The notes: a model not told the origin generated them from the sequence alone. 64,000 nucleotides of DNA from Octopus sinensis (GCF_006345805.1 NC_043019.1:7625360-7689359); one strand, 5' to 3'; counted from the stretch's first letter, positions 39,027 through 52,900 are shown. Numbers and translations: made by a program.

Positions 39027-39065
39027 ATATATATATATATACACACACATATATATATGTGTGTG
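37905..39065. repeat. ~1.15-kb near-pure (TA)n tract with TACATA interruptions
   Basis: Directly visible. Confidence 0.98.
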
Positions 39066-40196
39066 TGTGTGTATGCATGTATGTATGTTTGTTATTTATA
39101 GAAGGCAAGACCGATGTACTGTGTCTTGGATTTACCACCCGGATTTCAACATGCCCTGTCAAATTTATTTGTCAATTCCTCTTCGTTGTAAATTTTATTG
39201 TAAAGTATATCGCCTGAACGGCTTACTCACACAGTCACACACACTCACATACGCTCACACACACGTTATGTTACAAATACAAATAAAAAAATTAAAAAAT
39301 ACTTTTAACATTTCATCTGATATAGCTTATAATTGATTAAAACCGATGCCAATGTCTCACTCGACGCAGAACCCCTCAGCTTGTTTTACAATCACATTTT
39401 CATTTATCATGGAATAATTGAACTTCCGATCAATCATTGGCTCGTTTAAGTTATTTGTTATAATAACCAATAAATGCCACATCTAATAACCGTTTTGGCC
39501 CTTAATTCGCTAACGGTATTGTTCTTAACAGCTAAGGATATATTACGTTCTTGTAAATCATAGACGCACTTGAGTATAAGTTAACTTCGAGGTCCCTTCC
39601 AATGCGTTTAAGTTTGTCGTCTTTCACTTATTTTACCGTGAAGATAGTAATTTATTTAGCCACTTTTATTCCATTCTTAATTTTCTATGTTACAAAAACA
39701 AAAAAAAAATCAATGTGATAAGGCAATGCCCCACAACGACACCTTTAGAATCCTGTGAATGGTTCTCAAATGCTTTCTTGATTACAGGTAGCAATCTTTT
39801 TGCGATACTAGCACAGGTGGGACAGCACATGATAATGTTATATCAGATACTTATATTACCTTTCATTACCGATTTCCCTCGAGGAAATGCTCCAAACTAC
39901 AGACAGTTAAATGAATGGAATTTAAAATTACTGAATCTTCCCGTACTTGGTAAGTTTGCCGTCAAATCATGTAAATTATCAATAACTCTGGTTTATTTAC
40001 GGTACTGCAAAATCTCATGTTATCTGGACCTAAAGAGTAAACCACAAATTCCGAGGAATCTTGTTTCAGTATCATCTTTAACAATTACTTGAATTCTTGA
40101 AAGTGGTGAAACTCTTTCCGTCTCAGTAAATTAATATTCTCAAATAATCCTTTCTATTAAAGGCATAAAACCTGAAATTTTTGTGTGTGTATGTGT

Positions 40197-40365
40197 GGGG
40201 GGCTAGTCAATTACATCGACTCCAGTGTTTCATTGGTACTTAATTTTTCGACCACGTAAAGATGAAAGGCAAATTCGACCTCAGCGGAATTTGAACTCAG
40301 AACGTAGCGGCAGGCGAAATACCGTAAGAATTTTACCTGACGTTGTAACGATTCTGGCAGTGTAA
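40197..40365 (-). mobile_element. SINE family A copy
   Basis: Reverse complement contains gaatcgttac..gctacgttctgagttcaaattccgctgaggtcgaatttgcctttcatc..ggtcgaaaaattaagtacc..ggagtcgatgtaattgact. Confidence 0.85.
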
Positions 40366-40442
40366 ACGAAACCAGGAAACACTTATATGCGTAAGAGTGA
40401 TTATTCAAAAATCTATGTACAATGTTTTATTTTTCTGTCTTA

Positions 40443-40745
40443 GGTGGTGGTTAAACCATCGGGCATACAATCCTGAGGTAGTGTGTTCGATTCTTGGCTC
40501 GAGCTGTATATTGTGTTGTTGAGCAAGTCAGTTTATTTCACATTGCTCCAGTTCACTCAGCTGTACAAATAAGTTACCACATCACTGGTGCCAAGCTGTA
40601 TCGGTTTTTGCTTTTCTCTTGGATAAATCCCTGGCGAGGAGAGCTGAGGCTGGTGTGCATGGGCAACTGCTAGACTTGTCCCTCGGAAGGGAACTTTCTA
40701 GGTGCAATCCCATGGTTATTCATGACCGAAGCGGGGTCTTTATCC
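40443..40745 (+). mobile_element. SINE family B, older copy
   Basis: Colinear with 28707-29043 with substitutions and one internal deletion; ends ggttattcatgaccgaagcggggtcttta. Confidence 0.88.
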
Positions 40746-41368
40746 ACTGTATACTTCTTTCTGTTTTGTCTTCAAGTTTATTCTTATCCATTTTCGAAAT
40801 ATCAAGACGTATATTTACGCACCATTCCCTTCAACTTTCAATCATAAAGTAAAATTATTTACGTTGTTATGTTTTGAATTATATGGAAAATGATAATCTC
40901 TTTGCGCTTTCCTTTCAATGGTACACCCCCCTCTCTCTCTCATTCTCTCACCCGCTTAGCTTACAGACTTACTAAATTCATAAACAAGTGTAATGTACCA
41001 AGTTAGTCTCAACCTGGTGAAGGAAGTGAAAGTAAGACAAAATCAAACCATTTATTTTCGATATCCTTCAAGTTATTCTCAATTCTGAACTGACATCCTT
41101 CCTCTAAAAACCCTAACCATATTTTTCCTTCTTCACTCTTAAATCATTCAATATCTCTACTATCGCGATACTTTCTTGCTATATTCCGTTTCCTATTAAC
41201 GACTCGAAATAAACATCCGTTGATTTTTTTTTTTTTGACGAATGATCAATGAAAAAGTGATGTTCGTCGTGTGAGAAATCCTTGATTTCTCTGTTCCTTG
41301 GTAAATGATATTCCCAATACGATCAAGCCCGTATGTTAGTTCTGGTTCTGTTTGTTTTTTTTTCACAG

Positions 41369-41452
41369 ATTCTAACGTGTTGACCATGTTATCAGACCGA
41401 GGGTCTTTTGGGAAGTCAACTCGTGAGAAGTACAATCGAACGTATAAATTCG
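41369..41452 (+). CDS. Weak candidate symmetric (phase 1-1) 84-nt exon, unidentified
   Basis: Very strong acceptor ttctgtttgtttttttttcacag|; only one open frame, (D)SNVLTMLSDRGSFGKSTREKYNRTYKF(G); donor TCG|GTATCG. Confidence 0.3.
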
Positions 41453-42966
41453 GTATCGATTGATGGTGTATGAATGCTAAACCCTGCGATTAGTAAGCCT
41501 AACAATCATAAATAATGCATAAGCGAGTTTGATAGCGTTGGAAATGAACCGGATCATACTCATAGAAGTTCAAAATCCTCATTCACCGAAGAACAAAGCT
41601 GTTGAGATTAATATGTTGATGTCGGGTTGGCGGAGGAGATTTGCAAATCCTCTGACAATGTTTAATTAAACTGTCCGAAAGATAACCGATCTCTACAAAA
41701 AATTTAGTCTACCGCTTGGTTAAAATATTGGCTTCAGTTTTAAGCGATCGGAAGTGAGTAGTCAAAGAAACTAGCAGTGTTCCATGTTCAGGAATAGGAC
41801 CAAAAAGGTTTAACTCTCGGATATCGGATTTGAAATCACATAACCCTGCATGAATGTCTGACTTAGAATTTTTTGTTTCCGAATTATTCTTTAACATACT
41901 GAATGTTTTGCATCCCTTGTATTGCGAATATGCCACATCAACCTTAACTTGCTTTACGTTACAGAAGTATTTTCATGAATTTTCTAATTAATCGACTACG
42001 ACGACTATATCAATTCTTTGAAACTTGTTAGATTTTCTAAAAACAGAATGTCTTTCAGTTTTTCTTGGTCTTTATACTTGATCGCAAAGTGGTGTTGAAG
42101 AGTTTCTATCGATACCATAAACTAGTATCGGATCTCGTGTTTTAACACTTTACAATTCCTACACGAAAACTAATTTTCTGTCCGCTTTCCATCGATAATA
42201 TAAGCCATTTTCACAAACTGTTACCGTTATGCACTTTACTATAGGGAAATGAAATCTTTAATAGACTTCGACAAATGAACGGATAAATAATAAATGTTAA
42301 TTGGCTGTAATAATATTATGACCGATACGTCATCAGTTCGTATGTGTTCTGATTAATGATTAATGCCTGAAGACAAGCTTTACAGCTGAGAGAAATATAT
42401 GTGGCTCTTACGTGTGTTGAATTCAACTTATAATGAAATTAGTGGTTTGGTCTGTATGGACTGGAAGTTTTTTGTACTGTAATGACATTTTGGATTTTGG
42501 AGACCAGTCAGGAGATGTCTGCAGATTTGAGTGCTTGCCAAAATTGTGCCACAGGCGAGGATTGCCTAGTCTGAACTCAACATGGACGGTAAAAATGCTA
42601 GAAATAGTAGATAAATATTCCTTGAATCAGAGTCAACCGTTTTAAATGTCCGCATTGTAGAATGTGGTCCCTGATACACGAAATAACGGAATAATAAAAT
42701 TCCGATCAAGCAAGGTTAAAAATAAAACAAGAAGAAACCTGGTGCGACAAACATAGGCGATTGAGACTTCCAAAAAATGGCTAAATAACATCGATATTAT
42801 GACTTGTCACTAAAATACTATGGAACTATGTGTTTGGCAATGTAGTGTTAGATTTAGCAAAAGATGGGGTGGTTATGGCTGCAGCTTCCTTGACATGGGT
42901 TTGTTCAATGAAAGCGGGGCTGTTATAAAGTAGCAGTATTAGCAACAGCAGCACAATGCTTGAAAT

Positions 42967-43152
42967 TTGGATGGAGGTGGTAAGTCGATTATGTCGACAC
43001 CACCATTCAGCTGGTACTTATTTTATCGACTCCGAAAGGATGAAATGCAAAGACGACTTTGGAGGGGATTTGACGTCAGAACGAAAAGACGGGCGAAATA
43101 TTTATGGATAGTTTGTCCGTGGTGCCACAGATTCTGCATCTCACCGCCTTAT
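42967..43152 (-). mobile_element. SINE family A copy
   Basis: Reverse complement begins aaggcggtgagatgcagaatc and contains tttgcatttcatcctttcggagtcgataaaataagtaccag. Confidence 0.85.
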
Positions 43153-44225
43153 GTGACAACCTAATGTGAACAGCACCAAGAAAACAACAACAGTAACACA
43201 AAAAAAAAACGCACGGCAAAAATTAGGAAAATAAGAAAACTGAAAAGAACAACAATATTAGAAAACAGGAACGACAACAAAAGCAAGAGAAAAGACAAAA
43301 ATCACAACACGGAACACTAACAAGTACAACATTCAGTAAGAGGGGGTGACATATACCACAGGGTTCGATTTTAACAAGCTAATAATCTGGAATTTGACCT
43401 AGGTCTCTCCCTTTGCTGTCACAGATGCAAAAAGAAATCTTCGTATAAATAAAATGTGTGAAACTCTCTGTATGCATCCTGCAGTGTAAAGAAATAAGAT
43501 AATACTTATTGCTGTTATTTTATCGTAAACAAGGTTTAACCTAACAGAGCAGGCATTCGGATAAGATAATTCCAGATATTATAATCTTAACCATTTTACG
43601 GTTAATCCATCCTAGATCATATTGATGAATGTGGTTTTCAGTCTTTAAAGATTTAGACTGTTAGGTGAAATTAAGTTAGCTGGGAATTAGGGCGACTAAT
43701 TTATTAACTTTGGCGAATGATTGTCGTGTCACAAAAGCAAAAACCTAAAATAAGATTTTTAAAAATCTGGGCAAATATAATATGATTTAAGTTACGAATC
43801 TGTCGATCTATCTCTTAAATCACAATCTTTAATGTTGTATAAGCCTACCTTTTTATTGATGGGAGACATTTCAAAAAGTGTTTGTGATGGTGAAGATAAT
43901 AAGAAAAGAAAATTTGAGCATTACCACATTCACATTACTTAGACATTCTGCATGAGAAATATGAACCACAATAAAACGAAACCTCTACGAAAATAATAGG
44001 AAGAATTCAGTAAAGGCAGGTGGCATCTGCATTTGAACAGTGAAATCATTCACGTAGTTTCTATGTTTGTATGTAGAATATTATTTTTATGAAGTATTTC
44101 AATTATATTTTATAAAAAGAATTATACATACATACATACATATGTATGTGTCTGTGTCTCTTACAACTGCCTTCGACATTTTCTTTCTCACACAATACGT
44201 ATATATATTATTTTTTATTCTTTTA

Positions 44226-44345
44226 TAACGTTTGACTGCGGCCATACTGAAGCAATGCCTTTAGTCGAGCAAATCTACCCCAGGACTTATTCTTTTTAAG
44301 CCTTGTAGTTATATTATCGTTTTCTGTTGCCGCACCGCTACATGC

Positions 44346-44409
<64 letters not shown>

Positions 44410-44587
44410 GTGTGTGTGTGTGTATGTATATACGACAGGCTTCTTTCATTTCCCTCTATTGCAGAAGACATTCGCCCAAGGTGCCACGCAGTGGGAGTGA
44501 ACCTGGAATCATGTTATTTCTTTATTTGAACCTGGAATCATGTGGTTGGTAAGGAAGTTACTTACCCACAGAGCGACTCCTGCGCCT
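44226..44587 (-). mobile_element. SINE family C head/body (44431-44587) + internal microsatellite + 3' module (44226-44340)
   Basis: Head aggcgcaggagtcgctctgtgggtaagtaacttcc homologous to the 12644 and 51331 copies; the distal module carries an A-family-like cgataat..ctggggtagatttgctcgact. Confidence 0.75.
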
Positions 44588-44599
44588 ATGTATCTATGT

Positions 44600-44620
44600 A
44601 TATTTATATATATGCATGTA

Positions 44621-44689
<69 letters not shown>

Positions 44690-44787
44690 ATATATATATA
44701 TTATATATATATCTATATATATATATATATATATAGATATATATATATATATTATATATATATATAGTATATATTATATATATATAT

Positions 44788-44819
<32 letters not shown>

Positions 44820-44844
44820 ATATATATATATCTATATATATATA

Positions 44845-44925
<81 letters not shown>

Positions 44926-45343
44926 ATATATATATATATATTATATATATATATCTATATATCTATATATATATATATATATTATATATATAGATATATA
45001 TCTATTTATATATATATATCTATATATATATATATATCTATTTATATATATATATATAATATATATATCTATATATATATTATATATATATATCTATTTA
45101 TATATATATATATTATTATATATATATATATCTATGTATATATATATATGTATATATATATCTATCTATTTATATATATATATATATGTTATATATATCT
45201 ATCTATGTATATATATATATATATGTATATATATATCTATCTATTTATATATATATATATAGATATATATATATCTATTTATATATATATATATAGTATA
45301 TATATATCTATTATATATTATATATATATATGTTATATATATA

Positions 45344-45393
<50 letters not shown>

Positions 45394-45510
45394 CTATCTA
45401 TTATATATATATATATATGTATATATATATCTATCTATGTATATATATATATATATGTATATATATACTATCTATTTATATATATATATATATGTATATA
45501 TATATCTATT

Positions 45511-45569
<59 letters not shown>

Positions 45570-45587
45570 GTATTATATATATATATC

Positions 45588-45637
<50 letters not shown>

Positions 45638-45804
45638 CTATCTATTTATATATAATATATATATATATGTATATATACATATATATGTATATATATATAT
45701 ATAGTATATATATATCTATCTTTTTATATATATATAATATATATATATATGTATATATACATATATATGTATATATACATATATATGTATTATATATATA
45801 TATC

Positions 45805-45836
<32 letters not shown>

Positions 45837-45900
45837 ATATATGTATGTATTTATATATATATATGTATATATATATAATATGTGTGTGTATTTATACATT
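44600..45900. repeat. ~1.3-kb near-pure (TA)n tract with TCTA/TGTA interruptions
   Basis: Directly visible; source of the 229-aa YI ORF. Confidence 0.98.
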
Positions 45901-46464
45901 TACACACACACACACAGACGCACGTATAATATCTATAAACTATTGACATGTTACGTAATATGAATTATATGTAGCACACTTTAGTATATCTAGTGTATTG
46001 TTGTTTATATATGTGTGACATTTATAAACAAGCAGTGACATGTTCAAACGCGCTTCGGGCTAGAAGGGACGTCATTTATTGAGAAAAATCGTACCTTCCA
46101 CTACATAACTGGAAGTGAATTTCCAATTTTTAAGCGAGTACAATAAAGATTTTATGGAAAATCCGTAGTACCTCCTTCAGGCATCTCGACCAATGATTAT
46201 AGAGATTTCCTGTCCAGTTTCTGTGTACATAGTGATATCTAGTGTGACAATTATTCTTATGTGTTAGTATTGATCGAATTTGGAAGCCTACTGCGAAGGA
46301 ACCCGTTGGCCTTCTTTTCGACTATTTCCTTTCTCTGTCTTATTCATGGAAAATTTGTGGCAAAAATATATAATCACTCATTACACGGTTCGTTTTCATC
46401 TTTCTGTACGTTTAGCTGTGTATTTATGTTTGTAGTTACCCGAACACACACACACACACACACA

Positions 46465-46503
<39 letters not shown>

Positions 46504-46959
46504 TATACATATATATATTAATAAATATATAAGTACCCATATATATACATATATATATAAATGAATATATAAATACACGTATATATATATACATATATAT
46601 GTGTGTGTGTGCATGTGTGGATATATACACGTCTACATTTATCGACTTTCTTTTATGTATGTACTTCTTTGTATTATTTTGTCTTCGACATTTCTCTCTT
46701 ACATACAGAAGCACGCATACACACATACACACACACACATATACCTATTCTCTCTCCACCTTTCTCTTTATCTTTATACATATGGCTATGTTTGAATACA
46801 CGTTTTTATTACTGTTTGTTTTTTTCTTAGTTTTATACGACTTAATCTGAAGAACCTTGCTCTGTGAAAGGCACAAGATGATCCGGTCACTGTGTTAAAC
46901 CACGCAGCGTATTAATCCGCCTCGAAACGAAAAGAAAATCGATTCTCTCCAATATCCAT

Positions 46960-47103
46960 CCGTACAGATTCCTTGTATTCAATTTCACTGATAAACCTTC
47001 GGACGACCCGAGGCTATATTAAAAGACACTTTGTACAAGCTGTTGCACAGCGGCTTCGTAGCTGGAAATATAGTTGTATTAAGGGAAAGTCTTAAAATCA
47101 CAG
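46960..47103 (-). mobile_element. SINE family C, highly degenerate
   Basis: ccttcggacgacccgaggctatattaaaagacact matches ctttggtcggcccgaggctgtagtagaagacact at 12529. Confidence 0.6.
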
Positions 47104-47408
47104 ATTCACGAACTTGAAGAAAAATTCCTTTAATATCGAATGAAATTGTGTGATTTTCTTATACGTTTGGCAGTGATATGTATTTTGTTGAGCGAACGAA
47201 ACTTCCAAATAGTGGCCAAATGTCACCGTTATGGTTGTAGATTGTTAGTAATTAATTAAGCAATAAAGTGTTTATTAACTGTCGTTCTGTTGGAGCTTAA
47301 TGAGATTCATGTAATTAGTAATATACTCACCCGCATTGCGACATATATGCGATTCATTTCATGTGCAGCGAGTTCTTTCATGTAAAAGTAATATTTCAAA
47401 CAGTTCAA

Positions 47409-48020
47409 GGCGGTGAGCTGGCAGAATCGCTAGCACGCTGTTACGTTGTGAGTTCAAATTCCGCCGAGGTCGACTGTGCATTTCATCCTTTCGGGGTTGA
47501 TTAAATAAGTACCAGTTATACACTGGGGTCGACATAATCGACTTAATCCATTTGTCTGTCCTTGTTTGTCCTCTCTGTGTTTAGCCCCTAGTGGGTAGTC
47601 AAGAAATAGGTATTTCGTTGAAGGCGGCGAGCTGGCAGAGTCATTAGCAAACCGAGCGAAATGTTTAGCGATATTTTGTCTGCCGCTACGTTCTGAGTTC
47701 AAATTCCGCTGAGATCTACTTTGCTTTTCATCCTTTCGGGGTCGATTAAATAAGTACCAGTTACGCACTGGAATCGATATAATCGATTTAATCCGTTTGT
47801 CTGTCGTTGTTTGTCCTCTCTGTGTTTAGCCCCTTGTGGGTAGTAAAGAAATAGGTATTTCATTTGTCTTTACGTTCTGAGTTCAAATTGCGCCGAGGTT
47901 GACTTTGTTTTTCATCCTTTCGGGGTCAATAAATTAAGTACCAGTTGCGTAATAGAGTCGATCCAATCTACTGCCCCCCCCCCATTTTTGGGCCTTGTGC
48001 CTAGAGTAGAAAAGAATATT
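47409..48020 (+). mobile_element. Tandem SINE family A array: monomer 47409-47617, monomer 47623-47860, headless third core 47855-48020 with a different tail
   Basis: Three copies of gagttcaaatt..gag..actttg..tttcatcctttcggggt..taagtaccagtt; the first two share the tail ttagcccct.gtgggtagt.aagaaataggtatttc. Confidence 0.92.
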
Positions 48021-49390
48021 CCAGTACATATAAAATGTCTCTGCTGCTCGTTTGCAATTTTCCATTTCCCTGGGTTTAATTATCAACACAAAGATGGAAA
48101 GAAAGAGTAATGACAGTTTTGTTAGAGAATAGAAGAAAAGCTTACCTGTTAAGCGATCTGTGAGCTTCGATTTACAAGTCAAGGCAGTTTAAATTAAGTG
48201 TGTGTGAGAGACAATTGTGGTCTGTGCGCAAAGCTATCTATATATAAGATTGATTAAAATCAAATGAACAACGGTTTAATATTCATATGATGTAAAGAAT
48301 TAATTTCAGTTTCTGCTTGTGAAAATAAAAATATTCAACACATTTTCTTCCCATTTTTCTTTCTCCTTTTTTTTGTTATTTTGATGTTTTCGAGATTGAT
48401 ATTTTTTTGGCTTCATGTAAACTGAATCTCCATTTAGTTACAGTTCCATATTGGTTACCCTCGATACATAAACGGCAAATTTACTCCACTCGCTTAAAAA
48501 AAAGAAAAGAAAAAAAACTCTGTTGAGGAGGGGTTTCGAAACCTGTTTAATTGCGTATACACTATATTTTAACTATTTACTGCAAAATATTAGAATACAC
48601 AGGAGAAAGTCGGGGGCGTCTGATTTTCTCCCGTTTTGAATTATGCGTCAATTCACAATATTTCAGTTTGAATTCAGCAACTTATTCTCTGACTTCGGCG
48701 TAGGCCTGCACGCTATGTCGAAAAAAAGGTTATATTTTATTTCATGAAAGTATTTCCATTGTTATCATATTCGTTTTATAATTAATCGACAGTACAATGA
48801 ACCGATGAAATCAGTTCCTTGACCTCGTGAATTCTTCGTTGAAGGGCATGAAATTAAACCCCTAAATTTTGTATACTGCAAGGTGTTTCAATTCCTTACT
48901 CAACATTGTAGAGTTGTTTTATCAGGGGCCACTTCGAAATGATGGTGGAACCTTTATCAAAATACAAGCCTGTAGGCTCCGACATTGAAGAAAATTATAT
49001 TAAATAAATAATTAAATAACATCTGTAGGATGACCTAATCCTATAAATTTTAAAGGAAATAGGATAGCAAATGTTTGTACTACGGCTGAGAAGAAATACA
49101 AACGGAAAAATGAAAAGGAGACAAAGACAGTTAAAGAAAACGCGATTGTTATTTGTATAATACATTATTCATTCATATCCCGCAAAGGGAAGACACACCA
49201 AGAAATATAAAGTGAATGTTAGTAGCAATATATTTAAGTCTTAAATAGGAAACATTTGTAATTGTTTAGATACGTGAAAACACGTAAAGTCACAAAGAAA
49301 AATACATAGGGACAGACAGACACACACACATATGTATTTATATTTATATATGTACTTATTTATATATGCAATATTTAAATGTATATATAC

Positions 49391-49456
<66 letters not shown>

Positions 49457-49539
49457 ATATGTATATACACACATTTAGTGATATATATATATATATATAA
49501 TATATATGTATGTATGTATGTATATATATATATATAATA

Positions 49540-49611
<72 letters not shown>

Positions 49612-50471
49612 TATAGGTATATTGAGGGATATTGTTACAGTAACTGAACTCTCATTGGCCATATCTTTGCGCAGCGCAGGAATTAAAAGAATGCATGACA
49701 AATAACGTACGCACAAGTAATGACTCAATATCGCATACACAAATGCATCTATGAACAGACACACCCATACCCTATATACACATATATATATATATTGAAA
49801 CAATTGGTGTGTATGTGTTTTCACCCATATATATGAAGAGAGTGTATATATATGTTAAAGACAGCAAACAATCGAATACTCCAGGGATCTATTTTCTCCA
49901 GAATCATTGCTCGTTTCGCCTATTTTCTTTTTTATTTATTTATTTCATTTTTGCATCTTTAAACTTTTATTATAGTTTAGAAAGACGAGACACACAGACA
50001 CGCTGAAAAAATACAATGATTATTATCAATTAATATTTAGGATGTTTTTTGTCAGTTTCTGTAACAAAGAATGAAAAAAATAAGAGAGAAAAAAAAAGAA
50101 AAAGAGAAACGAGTGGTTGACCCTTATACAATAGCTCACAATAAGCCAACAGAAGTGATATAAATGAAAGTTTAAACAGAAACGGAAAAAAAAATAATGG
50201 TCCACTAAGTAAACTTTTACCAATAACAATGCCATTAACCACACCCATGGCCATAACAACAGGAATATTCTATCGGCAATATGAAGGAAACAAAAGGTAG
50301 TTCCCAAACCTCCCCTCTTACTCGTTCGTTACGAAAGAGGATAACAATGATGAGAGAACAGTGCAGACTATCGTAAGTGGTCTGTTGTTTGTACTGATCT
50401 GAGAGTGACCGGGATTGAAGGAAGAAAAAAAGAGAATGTAATTGTACGAGTGATAATAGCAATAACAGTAC

Positions 50472-50473
<2 letters not shown>

Positions 50474-50504
<31 letters not shown>

Positions 50505-50537
50505 CAGCATCAGTATTAGTAGTAGCAGTATTATTAC

Positions 50538-50579
<42 letters not shown>

Positions 50580-50604
50580 AATAATAATTATTATTATTAT
50601 TATC

Positions 50605-50636
<32 letters not shown>

Positions 50637-50722
50637 CATTATTATTATTGTTATTGTTATTATTATTATTATTATTATTATCATTATTATTATTATCATT
50701 ATTATTATCATTATTATTATTA

Positions 50723-50803
<81 letters not shown>

Positions 50804-50805
50804 AT
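50474..50805. repeat. (AGT)n-(ATT/ATC)n-(AGT)n trinucleotide array
   Basis: Directly visible. Confidence 0.97.
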
Positions 50806-51326
50806 GTTAACAATAAAAATTATAGTAAAAACGTAACAGAAACGTTAATGAAAATAATGACAATAACAATAACAAAAACAACGACAACAACAATAAAAAA
50901 GAATTAATAATAATAATATTAATACTAATAGTAATATTGTTAACACAAATGATGAAACAGGAAAACAATCAGCTTTAATATATTATCATTGTCTGGATAA
51001 TGCGGGGGGATAAAGAAATAGCTACGATGAAATATAAGAATAATGGAGGTATATAAAACGCCATACAAATAGATAAATAAACCATTATATCTATAAGCAA
51101 ATATACATACATACATACATCATACGCACACACATATGCATTAGAATTATAAATAAGAGCATCTAAGTGACACCACCATGCTTGAAATAGCAAACAAAAC
51201 CTGACTCTAAAACTACATAAAGAATTTAATAAAGAACAAGATGCCACTGGTTTTTAGGCGCTATTTAAAAGAACGATTGTTTCCTTATATCCAGAAGAAA
51301 GATAAAGAAAAATAATGTGACCATCA

Positions 51327-51392
51327 ATAGGCGCAGGAGTGGCTGTGATAGGGACAGGCGTGGCTGTGTGGTAAGTATCTTGCTTGCCAACT
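51327..51392 (+). mobile_element. SINE family C head only, with 21-bp tandem duplication of its 5' end
   Basis: ataggcgcaggagtggctgtg / atagggacaggcgtggctgtg, then tggtaagtatcttgcttgccaac. Confidence 0.75.
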
Positions 51393-52818
51393 ATTTTAAA
51401 CTATTTTAAATCTTTAGAATACTCACTGGATCAATTTTGTCCTATATATTTTGAAAGGTTGTGCTGGTCAGAACCAGGTTGTCTCTTACTGGCCGATGTT
51501 TAGAATAGGCACACAGCCATAGATTTTGTTGCTCGTGGAAAAAACTCTGTGCTCGAACCAATTACTTCATGGTGTTTAATAGATGAAACCCAGAAGGAAC
51601 GGAAATGTTACTGACCATGAATGGTTTTTGAAAGATAACAAAGCACAATAGGGATCTGTTTTGAAATACACTTGGTTACAGGTCTAATACATAAGATTCA
51701 AACTTAAATTAAAGCCCTAGCCCACAACCATTACAAGAACAAGAATCATCCAGTGTGACCTCAAAGGCGAACCTCTAAGTTGTGTCTGTGTCCGTCAGAG
51801 GAAGAACCTGGATTTCCTCCAAATAACACATGACCACTCTAAATAAGAAGAGAAGAGATTACAAAATGTAAACATATAAAATCTGCTACAATTCTAAAAG
51901 CCCTTGAATCAGGAATTTTTTCGAATGGTTGACGCGTTTAGGCATAGAATTGAAGGGTTTTTCTGAATGGATTTTGTTCCGTGGTTGATTTGTCATCTGC
52001 TCCTGGGACTCATATTGAACAGAGGATACAGAGGTGAGAAACAAGAAAATATCTTAATCAACCATGTTGTGCATTATCCGGTTTGAGGATCAAATCCATT
52101 CCCTAACTTTCATATGTTCAGTACCATAACCACTTGTTTACTCGTCTTCGCATATAATTCCATGCATAGCTAACAAGATGAAATAGCCATGGTTGGAAAC
52201 TATTTCGATTCAGCGTAGCTCACCTTATGATTAACAAGATCAACAGGTAAAGCAAGAAAAGAGAGAAACTAAACCCAAACAAAACAAAACAAAAACAATA
52301 AAACTAATAACAAAATAAACAACAAACATATCAATTCATTCTACCCAATAATATCATATAATGATACAAGGGATTAGAATAATAAATATAACTGGATTAA
52401 AGGACAGTGATATGAAGTGTAATCCCGAGGATTAAATAAAGATTACAAGTATGGAGGATTATATATAAAGTGTGGATCGCAATGCAAATAAAACAAAATG
52501 TGTATATTAAACATGGCAGCTATTTTGAGCCGGAGACTCTTATCCGCCATTTGCTGTTTACTTTCACACGCAAAACATTTACTTTATATTTTTAATCTAG
52601 GATTAAGTATGAAAGTAAATTTAATTTCAAAATTTATTAAATCTCACCGAGGTTTTAATTAAATCATTCCAACACTCACTAACACCGACACATTCTCTCC
52701 CACCTACTTTTTCTCTCTCTCTCTCTTTCTTTCTCGGACTATATATTTATCTATCTATATTAATATATGTATATGTAGTATGTATATATCTATCTATCTA
52801 TTTATCTATCTGTCTATC

Positions 52819-52888
<70 letters not shown>

Positions 52889-52900
52889 CATATATACATA

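Noticed and set aside
39715-40092. 125-aa ORF with internal TTG|GTAAGT donor
   Set aside because: Splice-like signals on both strands and no recognisable peptide; cannot choose or support a model.
47409-48020. CRISPR-like or prokaryotic array
   Set aside because: Repeats are SINE copies without unique regular spacers; no cas-like ORFs or prokaryotic gene organisation anywhere in the window.
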